A model generated the notes under the pieces. That model was not told the origin of the DNA. It saw nothing but the letters and a program-made list of their open reading frames with translations, and ran no database searches. Both the position numbers and the translations under genes were made by a program. From Candidatus Saccharibacteria bacterium CPR2 (GTDB lineage Bacteria; Patescibacteriota; Saccharimonadia; Saccharimonadales; QWHN01), in the NCBI GenBank assembly GCA_021404905.1, contig QWHN01000001.1:66162-130161 (forward strand): a stretch of DNA of 64,000 bases, written 5' to 3'. Position 1 is the stretch's first letter, and every line of letters begins with the position of its first letter. Shown here one piece after another: positions 46,129 to 54,441 of the stretch.

Positions 46129-46890
46129 CTACCATATTATCTGATTCCAGCTGCCTGCTCGCAAGCATTCCGCTGCTTTATTAGCTATCAAACGCTTTTC
46201 ATCTTGAGTTAACTCGTTAGCAACATTGTTGCTTGCGTTTCCAGGATCGATAAGCTGAGTGGTATGAATTGTATTTTGAAGTGAGTCTAAAACAACGATC
46301 ATATTATTTGCGGTCGTATAACGATTGTGGCCACTTAAAGCATTAATTGTAAAAATCTCAAGAGGAAATGAAGGAAATTCCAACCTGTGTCGATGACGCC
46401 AAATTTTTAACAGTCGTATCTCATCGTGTCTATTACTTCCATTGATATGGCTAATATGTCTGTCGATGTTGGTTTTTTTCCAGGTGTTTTGTTTGCGGCT
46501 GTAAATGCTGTGGTCAGTAGTTGCGGAACCTTGCTTACGACCAGGAACCAAATCTACCTTGATGCCATTTAGATTAACGCCTATAGATACATTCTGCTTT
46601 GTTACTTGATATCCGCGCTCCCTTAGGTAGTCGTATAAGTTTTGGTATACACGAGCCAATGGCCATTCTGAAGCATTAAGACTTGGGCTTAGTGAAATAA
46701 ATAGATCAACATCAGTGGATAATCGAACTGCTGTGCCTTTCGCAAATGAACCTGAAGGTTTAATTTCAAGTAGGTACCCGTTTGCCCATTCACGGATCAC
46801 GGGAGATAGTGTCTGTATCGCTGTCACCAAAGCTATTGAGCTGGGCGCCTGAGCAGTGATTACGGACCGTAGGTAGGTGTCATTGTCCAC
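46129..46890 (-). CDS. OAS/cGAS/CD-NTase-like (SMODS-type) nucleotidyltransferase
   Basis: GSFAKGTAVRLSTDVDLFIS (G-S-x11-D-x-D), IKVDLVPG, WKKTNIDRH and LLKIWRHRHRLEFPSFPLEIFT. A likely GTG start at 46890 lies 1 nt after the hsdMS stop. The track start is TTG 46935. Confidence 0.65.
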   Translation of the reverse strand: MDNDTYLRSVITAQAPSSIALVTAIQTLSPVIREWANGYLLEIKPSGSFAKGTAVRLSTDVDLFISLSPSLNASEWPLARVYQNLYDYLRERGYQVTKQNVSIGVNLNGIKVDLVPGRKQGSATTDHSIYSRKQNTWKKTNIDRHISHINGSNRHDEIRLLKIWRHRHRLEFPSFPLEIFTINALSGHNRYTTANNMIVVLDSLQNTIHTTQLIDPGNASNNVANELTQDEKRLIANKAAECLRAGSWNQIIW

Positions 46891-46891
46891 A

Positions 46892-49342
46892 TCAACCCCA
46901 TATATCCGCAATTCTATTTTGGGTCTTCTGCTCAAATTTGTGGATTAGTTTTCGATTTAAGTTCAGGATTGTCCGCTCTTCCAAAATCGACTTAATTATC
47001 TCCTTTTGCACCCCGACTGGTGGGAGGGGTATTTCTAATTCAGCGACTCTTTGTAAGCCTAGTTTTGGAACGCCCACTCCAGCAGTTAGTCTTCTAATTT
47101 GAGATTGAATAGTGGGTTCCTGTAGGACTATGGCGAGATAATCTTTGTCTATTGTATCGTTGCGGATAACTAGTTTTGCGGCATTTTCAGTTAAATAGGA
47201 TCCGTCCAGATCAGGCGGAACGACTCCCGTTTTTCCGATGGTCCCTGCTATTGATATGTATACATCATTTGAGCTAATGGTATATCTTTCAATTTCTTTA
47301 CGAACGTCATCGTCGATAAATTTAATGCTAGTTTTGTCAATACCGCCTTCGTTCATATCAACAACTCTAATGTATGGGTATTTGGTAGGTTCATCGGAAA
47401 ATGATTTACCTTTCGGAATTCGTTTTCCACCTTTAATATCTACTAACTCAGACAGTCTAATTACCTCCCACTCTGGGTTAATAGGTAAGCTCGGTGTCCA
47501 ATTATCAATTGCTTGCTGAGCACCTTCAATAACTTTTCTGTATGAACTAAGTTCGTCAGCTATCTCTTTTTGGATATCAATAGTAGGGAGAGGGATTTTG
47601 AAGGGTTTAAGATCTTCTGTTTTCATTGAGACATTGGCCGCGCCGCGCATTAATTTGGCAAGATCATCCTTCACAGATGATAAGATCCAGTAAAGATACC
47701 TGCCATCAAGATCGTCACCTGGTATTACAGCTGCCAACAAGTTTGCGAGTGCAAATTTTCCTTTGAAATAATGAACTCTTTTTATGCTTGCGTGGCCGTG
47801 GCCTGTTGCCGAAATGAGCGGAATACATACTGCTTCTGCATCAAAATCAAAATGTGTAGAAGTTTTAAACTCTTGGGCAGTTAGAATTAAGGGATAATCA
47901 CCTGCTTCTGTTTTTGTGCTCGAAGACTTGCCTTTTTCAATTCTTGCAACGTCACCCAAACTAATTAGGGGGTATTCAGAATCCAAGGGCGCTACGGACA
48001 AATACTTATTACCCACCAGGGAGATATCATCAGAAGTTAGAACTGAGTCTTTCGAGACCTTATGTGCTAGTTTGCACGTAATGTGATTATTAGGTTCTTG
48101 TTGAAATTCTTTTATCACCTTCAATGCATCAATGAGGTCATTTTCCTTAATTGGCTTTCTCACCGCTCCAAGTGAAACCCCTACTTGTTTTACTTCTGTA
48201 AATAGTATATCGGTGCTGCGTTTTGCGAGTTCCTTGTCTAGAAATATAATCGAGGTCTTTACTCCAGAGTATGGGAGAAATACTCCGGAAGGTAGTGAGA
48301 CGACCGCATAAAGATAATTCTCAACCAACATCTTCCTGAGTTGCTTATATGCGTTACCAGATTGGAAAATGATTCCCTCTGGTACGATCACACCCGCTCG
48401 ACCACTTGTAGATAAGTGCTCGGCAATATAATCAGTAAACAGGACCTCTGCACGATTTGCTTGAACACCAAAACGCTTATGGGGACGAATACCACCCTTT
48501 GGAGTCATAAACGGTGGATTTGCTAAGATAACATCGAAACTATCATCCCAGCGATCGTCGCTAGTTAAAGAGTCGTATTCATAAATATGCGGTTGTGGAA
48601 AGCCGTGCAAGTACATATTGACTCTTGATAGTTTTACCATATCAGGCGAGATGTCATAGCCAACAATACTATTAGCTAGTCGCTTTCGTTCGTCAGGGGT
48701 TAGCCTTGTTTCATCGTTGGGTTTACCACTTTCGTCCTTACCATCGTGAGAGTTAAGGATGTGCTTGTAAGCTGAAATTAAGAACCCTGCCGTACCACAC
48801 GCTGGGTCGAGTATTCGATCAGTCTTTTTTGGGTCAACTACTGAAACGATGAAATCAATGATGTGGCGTGGCGTACGGAACTGCCCAGCATCACCTTGAC
48901 TACCAAGTACGGATAACAGGTACTCAAATGAGTTGCCCAACTCTTCACTATGATGATAAGTAAATTCGTTGATTTGCTTTAGGAACAAACTTAGAGTCTC
49001 GGGGTCACGATAAGGCAGATATGCGTCCTTAAATATATCTCGGAATAATTGTGGTATGTGCGGATTTTGAGAGAGTTTTGAAACCGCTTCTACATAGAGA
49101 TCAAGGCGCTCCAAACCGCCAAGCTTTGGATCCATTAACTTTGACCAAGAATACTTTTCGTAACCGTTATTGAAGAACTGTGGCTTACCCCCAAGTTCAA
49201 TAGCTTCTTGATCCATATCGTCCATAAATTTGTAGATAAGGGCGTTAGTGATCTGATCAACCTGTGCCTTAGGGTCTGGAACTTTGCCTACAAGAATGTC
49301 TCTGGCGGAATCGATTTTTCGTTTAATATCAGTCGTCAGCAT
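46892..49342 (-). CDS. hsdM: Type I R-M fused methyltransferase-specificity subunit (HsdM N-terminal ~440 aa + two-TRD HsdS)
   Basis: LDPACGTAGFL (motif I) and ILANPPFMTPKGG (motif IV, N6-adenine). These are followed by TRD1 (ISLGDVARIEKGKS..), a central conserved helix (LPTIDIQKEIADELSSYRKVIEGAQQAIDNW), TRD2 (IRLSELVDIKGGKR..) and a distal helix (LPPVGVQKEIIKSILEE..). Confidence 0.85.
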   Translation of the reverse strand: MLTTDIKRKIDSARDILVGKVPDPKAQVDQITNALIYKFMDDMDQEAIELGGKPQFFNNGYEKYSWSKLMDPKLGGLERLDLYVEAVSKLSQNPHIPQLFRDIFKDAYLPYRDPETLSLFLKQINEFTYHHSEELGNSFEYLLSVLGSQGDAGQFRTPRHIIDFIVSVVDPKKTDRILDPACGTAGFLISAYKHILNSHDGKDESGKPNDETRLTPDERKRLANSIVGYDISPDMVKLSRVNMYLHGFPQPHIYEYDSLTSDDRWDDSFDVILANPPFMTPKGGIRPHKRFGVQANRAEVLFTDYIAEHLSTSGRAGVIVPEGIIFQSGNAYKQLRKMLVENYLYAVVSLPSGVFLPYSGVKTSIIFLDKELAKRSTDILFTEVKQVGVSLGAVRKPIKENDLIDALKVIKEFQQEPNNHITCKLAHKVSKDSVLTSDDISLVGNKYLSVAPLDSEYPLISLGDVARIEKGKSSSTKTEAGDYPLILTAQEFKTSTHFDFDAEAVCIPLISATGHGHASIKRVHYFKGKFALANLLAAVIPGDDLDGRYLYWILSSVKDDLAKLMRGAANVSMKTEDLKPFKIPLPTIDIQKEIADELSSYRKVIEGAQQAIDNWTPSLPINPEWEVIRLSELVDIKGGKRIPKGKSFSDEPTKYPYIRVVDMNEGGIDKTSIKFIDDDVRKEIERYTISSNDVYISIAGTIGKTGVVPPDLDGSYLTENAAKLVIRNDTIDKDYLAIVLQEPTIQSQIRRLTAGVGVPKLGLQRVAELEIPLPPVGVQKEIIKSILEERTILNLNRKLIHKFEQKTQNRIADIWG

Positions 49343-49344
49343 AT

Positions 49345-51864
49345 TTATTCCATAAATGAATTAATTGATACATAGTCCTTAACATACTCGGGTACTTTTT
49401 CCCGATAACCATTCAGTGCCTTGAATTCCTCAAAAGTGAGCTTAGGGTTGGTATGCAAACGGGCGAATTCCTTGCTTTCAACAATCTCTCGTATTTCAGG
49501 GTCTGTTACATAAGCCTTGAAATAGTGTTTCGTGACTTGTAAGTGATCATTGTCTGGCTTTTCGATAGTTACAAATTTCTCAAATTCCTCATCTAGGAGC
49601 TCGTCCTTTGACTTAAATTTAGGAATATTTCCGAATGCTTTATCAATCATCTCTCGAAGCGAAACACGTCGATCTGATTTAATAGACTTGCGTAGTTTAT
49701 CAAGGTTAAAGTAGTCGTCAGGTTTATCAAATTTCTCGCTACGAACATAATCTTCGGCTGCCTCAGGGCTAATATTTTCGTACAAATGTTTTACTTGAGG
49801 ATCGGCTTGTATCGCTTGCTCAAACTTCTCATATAGCTTCCAATCTACTTTCATACCCTCAACACCTACTTGTGTTTCAGACATAGTCTTCAGCGGATCG
49901 AGTTTCGCTAGGTCAATTTCTTCAGGCATAGCACCAGGCCCGCCAGTTTTTCCCCCAGAGTTTTCAATAGGTAGTTTAAGAACTTCATCATAGTTGAATT
50001 TGTCTTCGAAGTATTCGCAGTTAGCAAAGAAGTCGAATAGCTTGAATTGCTCTTTTTCAACTTCAACAATTTCTTTCTCGCCGTATTCCGCCTGACGATA
50101 TTTGAATGAATTCTTGCGAGTACCCCGACCTTTAATCTGAACAAAATCGGTTGGTGAGAATATCGGTCGAAGCATTGCAAGGTTAAGTAGATCAGGGCAG
50201 TCATAGCCAGTGGTCATCATACCAACAGTTACACAGACACGAGTTTTTGAGGATTTGTAACCTTCGATAAACTTTGTGTGGCCATTCAAATTGTTATTTG
50301 TGAAATTAGTTGTAAAAGTTTGTGCATCTTTTATGTTCGAAGTCACCTGTACTGCAAAGTCAGAATTGTACTTGCCTGGGAACATTTGATCTGCAAATTG
50401 ATTTAAGATTTGAGTAATCTTACTTGCGTGAGGTTGACTAACTGCAAACACTATTGATTTGCCTATCTCGCCGCTTATAGGGTCACGTAAGGCATTTTCA
50501 ATAAAGGTTTTGCAGAAAATATAGTTTGTTTTTTCGTTATAGAACTTGCGTTCAAAATCAGTTTGAAAATATGTTTGTACTTCTTCGACTCCGTCGTCAC
50601 CTTCAACTATCACAGAGTAACCTTTATCTGACAATAGCTGAGTGGTGATTTCTGTCCTCGCGTCGACCACCACAGGATTAATAAGGTAGCCATCCTTTAC
50701 ACCATCTACAAGGCTGTACCTATATGTCGGATCTCCGCTTTCGCAACCGAATGTTTTGTAAGTGTCTAGCAATTGTCGACGTTCCCACGAACGCTGGTCT
50801 TTATCGTTAATTTCTTCTTTATCGAGATTCTTAAGATAGTCTTTTGGCGTTGCGGTGAGGCCCAATTTGTATCCAACAAAGTATTCAAAAACTGCGCGAC
50901 TATTCCCGCTTATAGAGCGGTGAGCTTCATCAGAAATAATCAGATCAAAGTCAGTTGGCGAGAAAAAGTCACGGTATTTATTATTTGAAGCTAACGTCTG
51001 CACGGTGCTGACCACAATTTCAGCTTTCCGCCAGTCGTCACGATTTCGTTTGAATATCACACTTACAAAATCGTTCTTAAGTATCTCTGTGAATGATTTC
51101 TCGGCTTGTTCCTCAAGTTCTATGCGGTCAACCAAAAAAAGTACACGCTTTGCGTTGCCTGATTTTAAGAATAACCTGATTACGGCCGCTGTAGTCAGGG
51201 TTTTGCCTGTTCCTGTTGCCATTTCGAAGAGGTATCTAGTTTTGTCGTTTCTAGCAGCCTTCTGAAGCGCCTGAACGGCTTTTACTTGGTAGGGGCGAAG
51301 GAATTTAAGCTTACGGTCATCAATCAAAGAATGTCTTAAGTTTTCATCTGACCAACGGGGATCTTTTTTGTAGTCTGGGTATTGGGTGAGTACGACATAG
51401 TCTTCATTAATCTCAATCTCGCTTAACTTTTTAGGGTCTGGCTTAAATTTCTTGTGTTCTGCTAGTGAGCTTTGTGAAGGAAATTGGCTAATTACCTCTG
51501 GATTACCTTGTTCGAGGTCCCAGAAGTAATGTAAATCACCATTAGAGAGAATTACAAAACGAGATCCTTGACTTAAGGCATATCGGCGAGCTTGTTCTTT
51601 ACCGTCTAGTGGATTTTTGCCTGATTTCTTTGCTTCAAGGACAACTATTGGGAATCCCTTGTTATCAAGTAATAAATAATCAACGAAGCCATTGTGTGTT
51701 TTTTCAAAATCTTCACCTAGGTCGTCAAGTTTATCAGTAGTAAGCTTCACATTTGGCTCAAGCTGTATGTTAGCTTGGCCTTCGTCTGTATCAAAAAAAC
51801 GCCAGCCTGAATCCTGTAATAGGTTGTTAATTTTGATTCTTGCTGATGCTTCTTTTGTAGACAT
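49345..51864 (-). CDS. hsdR: Type I restriction enzyme R subunit (EcoAI/EcoEI-size class)
   Basis: N-terminal PD-(D/E)xK region (FVDYLLLD..VVLEAKKS), MATGTGKT, SDEAHRS (DEAH), LGLTATP, QIKGRGTR and a C-terminal helical domain. Confidence 0.9.
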   Translation of the reverse strand: MSTKEASARIKINNLLQDSGWRFFDTDEGQANIQLEPNVKLTTDKLDDLGEDFEKTHNGFVDYLLLDNKGFPIVVLEAKKSGKNPLDGKEQARRYALSQGSRFVILSNGDLHYFWDLEQGNPEVISQFPSQSSLAEHKKFKPDPKKLSEIEINEDYVVLTQYPDYKKDPRWSDENLRHSLIDDRKLKFLRPYQVKAVQALQKAARNDKTRYLFEMATGTGKTLTTAAVIRLFLKSGNAKRVLFLVDRIELEEQAEKSFTEILKNDFVSVIFKRNRDDWRKAEIVVSTVQTLASNNKYRDFFSPTDFDLIISDEAHRSISGNSRAVFEYFVGYKLGLTATPKDYLKNLDKEEINDKDQRSWERRQLLDTYKTFGCESGDPTYRYSLVDGVKDGYLINPVVVDARTEITTQLLSDKGYSVIVEGDDGVEEVQTYFQTDFERKFYNEKTNYIFCKTFIENALRDPISGEIGKSIVFAVSQPHASKITQILNQFADQMFPGKYNSDFAVQVTSNIKDAQTFTTNFTNNNLNGHTKFIEGYKSSKTRVCVTVGMMTTGYDCPDLLNLAMLRPIFSPTDFVQIKGRGTRKNSFKYRQAEYGEKEIVEVEKEQFKLFDFFANCEYFEDKFNYDEVLKLPIENSGGKTGGPGAMPEEIDLAKLDPLKTMSETQVGVEGMKVDWKLYEKFEQAIQADPQVKHLYENISPEAAEDYVRSEKFDKPDDYFNLDKLRKSIKSDRRVSLREMIDKAFGNIPKFKSKDELLDEEFEKFVTIEKPDNDHLQVTKHYFKAYVTDPEIREIVESKEFARLHTNPKLTFEEFKALNGYREKVPEYVKDYVSINSFME

Positions 51865-52013
51865 ATATATTTACATTTTCATAGTATTTGCCAAATTATT
51901 ATTTGATATTGCAAATTACATATTTGATTATAACGGTAATCACAAGAATTCTCGATGTTAAAAATGAAGAATTTGATGATTATGGTCATCCTTTATGAAC
52001 TATAATAAAAGTT

Positions 52014-52391
52014 ATGAGTACTAAAGGGCGAAAATTATGGGATGGTAAAAGCCAGGATATTGTTATCCCGAAACTCGAAGCAGCATTTGCCGTGGATGCA
52101 ACCGTTACCGAAGCCTGTTTTTACGCAGATATTAGTACATCTTCGTATTATCGGTTTGTTGAGAAAAACTCCCAATTTCGGGACAGATTTGCACAACTTC
52201 GGAATAAGCCAGTTTTATTAGCACGCCAAACTGTGGTAAATGCTCTGAAAACCGATCCTCATCTAGCATTCAGGTATCTTGAGAAGAAGCGAAAACTAGA
52301 GTTTGGAAAAACGGTACAGATTGAACGACAAACTACCGAATACGAAAAATTATCTGACCAGCAGCTACACGAACTAATTTTTGGGAAGTAG
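52014..52391 (+). CDS. HTH protein (phage terminase-small-subunit/phBC6A51-like HTH)
   Basis: ..VTEACFYADISTSSYYRFVEKNSQFRDRF.. pattern, in an element context. Confidence 0.5.
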   Translation: MSTKGRKLWDGKSQDIVIPKLEAAFAVDATVTEACFYADISTSSYYRFVEKNSQFRDRFAQLRNKPVLLARQTVVNALKTDPHLAFRYLEKKRKLEFGKTVQIERQTTEYEKLSDQQLHELIFGK

Positions 52392-52595
52392 CTTTTCTGG
52401 TTTTAACTGCAAAGCCTTGGCAAGCTTGTACATAGTTGTAAGGGTTGGATTACGTTCACCCCTCTCGATACCACCTATATAAGTACGGTCAAGGCCGGCA
52501 TTATCTGCAAGCTCAGATTTATTTAAACCAAGAAATTCTCTTCTTTTTTGAACCTGTTTTCCAAAGTTGATTAATAATTTACTGTTTTCTCTCAT
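52374..52595 (-). CDS. XRE-family (cI/Cro-like) HTH transcriptional regulator
   Basis: LGLNKSELADNAGLDRTYIGGIERGERNPTLTTMYKLAKAL. Confidence 0.85.
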   Translation of the reverse strand: MRENSKLLINFGKQVQKRREFLGLNKSELADNAGLDRTYIGGIERGERNPTLTTMYKLAKALQLKPEKLLPKN

Positions 52596-52640
52596 AACCT
52601 ATAATGTATAACAAGTGGTGACTATAGACCACACAAAATA

Positions 52641-53228
52641 ATGAATATGAATAGTCAAGATAAGCATTTTACTAGTCGCTCGGCTCGATCGAGGCAAAAA
52701 AGAGAAGTCTTACTAGCGAGACCCGATTTTATTCGTGATACAAAAGATTTACACGAACGAAAACTCTCCAAAGAACAGCTTGAAAAAGAAGTAATTGTGC
52801 TTATTGAGAAGTATAAGTTGGGACCAAGTTGGATTTTTGGGCTAGTTGAATATATTGACCGTCTTGACCCGACATATCTTATAAGACTTCCTCGTCCAGC
52901 AGTTGAAATCCGTACTAATAAAGAAACTGGGATAAATGAGCTTTGGATCAGGATTAATGAAGATACTACGCTTGAAGACATCAAACAACGCTGGTCTTTC
53001 ATAAAGTGGTATCAAGAAAAACTGGACTATACCAAACAAAAGAAGTTTCAGCCTAACGATAAAGCCGTGCTAGAACGAAATAAATTTGTCTATGAACTAC
53101 GAGAAAATGGCTTAAGCCACCAACAGATTGCAGACAAATTAAATGATAAATACCCCGACGAAGTCTTTGTCTACAGCGATATTGCAACAATGCTACGTAA
53201 CTACAAGCGACAAACAGGCATTAATTAA
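52641..53228 (+). CDS. hypothetical protein with C-terminal HTH-like segment
   Basis: ..ENGLSHQQIADKLNDKY.. at the C-terminus. Divergent from the XRE gene. Confidence 0.5.
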   Translation: MNMNSQDKHFTSRSARSRQKREVLLARPDFIRDTKDLHERKLSKEQLEKEVIVLIEKYKLGPSWIFGLVEYIDRLDPTYLIRLPRPAVEIRTNKETGINELWIRINEDTTLEDIKQRWSFIKWYQEKLDYTKQKKFQPNDKAVLERNKFVYELRENGLSHQQIADKLNDKYPDEVFVYSDIATMLRNYKRQTGIN

Positions 53229-53237
53229 GCTTAATTC

Positions 53238-53537
53238 TTGCCTTATACGGGCGGACAGATACTTGAGAAGATAGTCTCGGTATCTGCTATGAGAATTAAT
53301 TATTACGATCAATATTCAGCAAATGATCTAGCACTTGTTTCTGTGCTTATCTACTTAGGTTTTGCCGTTGAGCGAGTTGAAAAAGACGTCAAAGGCAAGG
53401 CTACTTTCTACTTTTATCGTAATTCTGAGCTTGATCAAGCGGTCCAAGAATACTGGTCTGGAGATATTTCCGTTGAGCCAAGATCCTATTTTGATGCCAT
53501 TAAGCGAACAAAAACAAGGATCTATTCGGAGACGTGA
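53238..53537 (+). CDS. hypothetical protein (DUF5659-like pattern); start TTG 53238 or ATG 53289
   Basis: ..LALVSVLIYLGFAVERVEKDVKGKATFYFYRNSELDQAVQEYW... Confidence 0.45.
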   Translation: MPYTGGQILEKIVSVSAMRINYYDQYSANDLALVSVLIYLGFAVERVEKDVKGKATFYFYRNSELDQAVQEYWSGDISVEPRSYFDAIKRTKTRIYSET

Positions 53538-53719
53538 TGCAACTTACCCAGAACCAAATCCGAAAATTCCAGTCTATTTACAAAGAGCATTTTTCTATTG
53601 ATTTGTCAGACGAAGAAGCAATAGAAAAGGGCTCACAACTCGTGAAAATTTTGCGAAAGGTTTATAAGCCAATCCCCAAAAATGAAGATGAGAATAATAA
53701 TGAACCAGCGATTACTTGA
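53534..53719 (+). CDS. small hypothetical protein
   Basis: 61 aa with a 4-nt ATGA overlap on the upstream ORF. Confidence 0.4.
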   Translation: MMQLTQNQIRKFQSIYKEHFSIDLSDEEAIEKGSQLVKILRKVYKPIPKNEDENNNEPAIT

Positions 53720-54062
53720 TTATTCTGATATATCCGCAGATGTCTACAGTTATACCGAAGCTAAAGGTATTTACTGGGTCAAAATTACTTGGGGTGGCAG
53801 TGGTATGTACATCACAAGCTTCACTGTGCGCCACTCAAAACACGAGGATCAAAAATGGTGGGTTCAGCCTCCTAAGTACCCACCACACTGGAAGTCGCCA
53901 CTGGAGTTCACGAAAACTAGTGAACTTTGGTCATTGCTTGAGCGACTTTGTATACAAGCGGTCGAGCGTTACAGCCCTGAATTAGTAGTCACCGACATCG
54001 ACGACAACTTTGATATGAAGAAGGCTCTTGACGAGGTATGGCCAGATACAAACCCACCCTAA
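53682..54062 (+). CDS. hypothetical protein
   Basis: 126-aa ORF (alternative start MNQRLL.. at 53700). No motif recognised. Confidence 0.45.
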   Translation: MKMRIIMNQRLLDYSDISADVYSYTEAKGIYWVKITWGGSGMYITSFTVRHSKHEDQKWWVQPPKYPPHWKSPLEFTKTSELWSLLERLCIQAVERYSPELVVTDIDDNFDMKKALDEVWPDTNPP

Positions 54063-54165
54063 CCTATATAGATATCTATATAGATAATCTATCTTTTTAG
54101 ATTATCTATCTACATTGGTCTTCTAAGCTAAATAGATTTAATGAACCACTAATAAGGAGTTAATA

Positions 54166-54414
54166 ATGGATAAGAGATTAATAGAGTTACCAAAAACAGT
54201 CTTCACAATTACCTACTTCGATCCTTCAAGTAATCACGATGATGATTGTGTTATTGGTGTATACCTAACTGAAAAAAGTGCTAATGAACACTGGTTATCA
54301 CTGAATACTAATCCAGAAAAACCGGAGTTCATAAGTTACTTTATCGAAGAAGTTCAATTGCACTTAGAACCTGCCATAGATGACTCCAGCCGTAAAAGTA
54401 AGTATGATAAATGA
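54166..54414 (+). CDS. hypothetical protein
   Basis: 82 aa with AAGGAG 7 nt upstream of the ATG. Immediately upstream of the recombinase. Confidence 0.5.
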   Translation: MDKRLIELPKTVFTITYFDPSSNHDDDCVIGVYLTEKSANEHWLSLNTNPEKPEFISYFIEEVQLHLEPAIDDSSRKSKYDK

Positions 54415-54441
54415 TGACTATAGTCAACAAAGGAGAATGAT

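Noticed and set aside
53362-53985. Track ORFs 53362..53601 and 53716..53985 in alternative frames.
   Set aside because: They overlap the better-supported same-strand ORFs 53238..53537, 53534..53719 and 53682..54062, and they have no SD.
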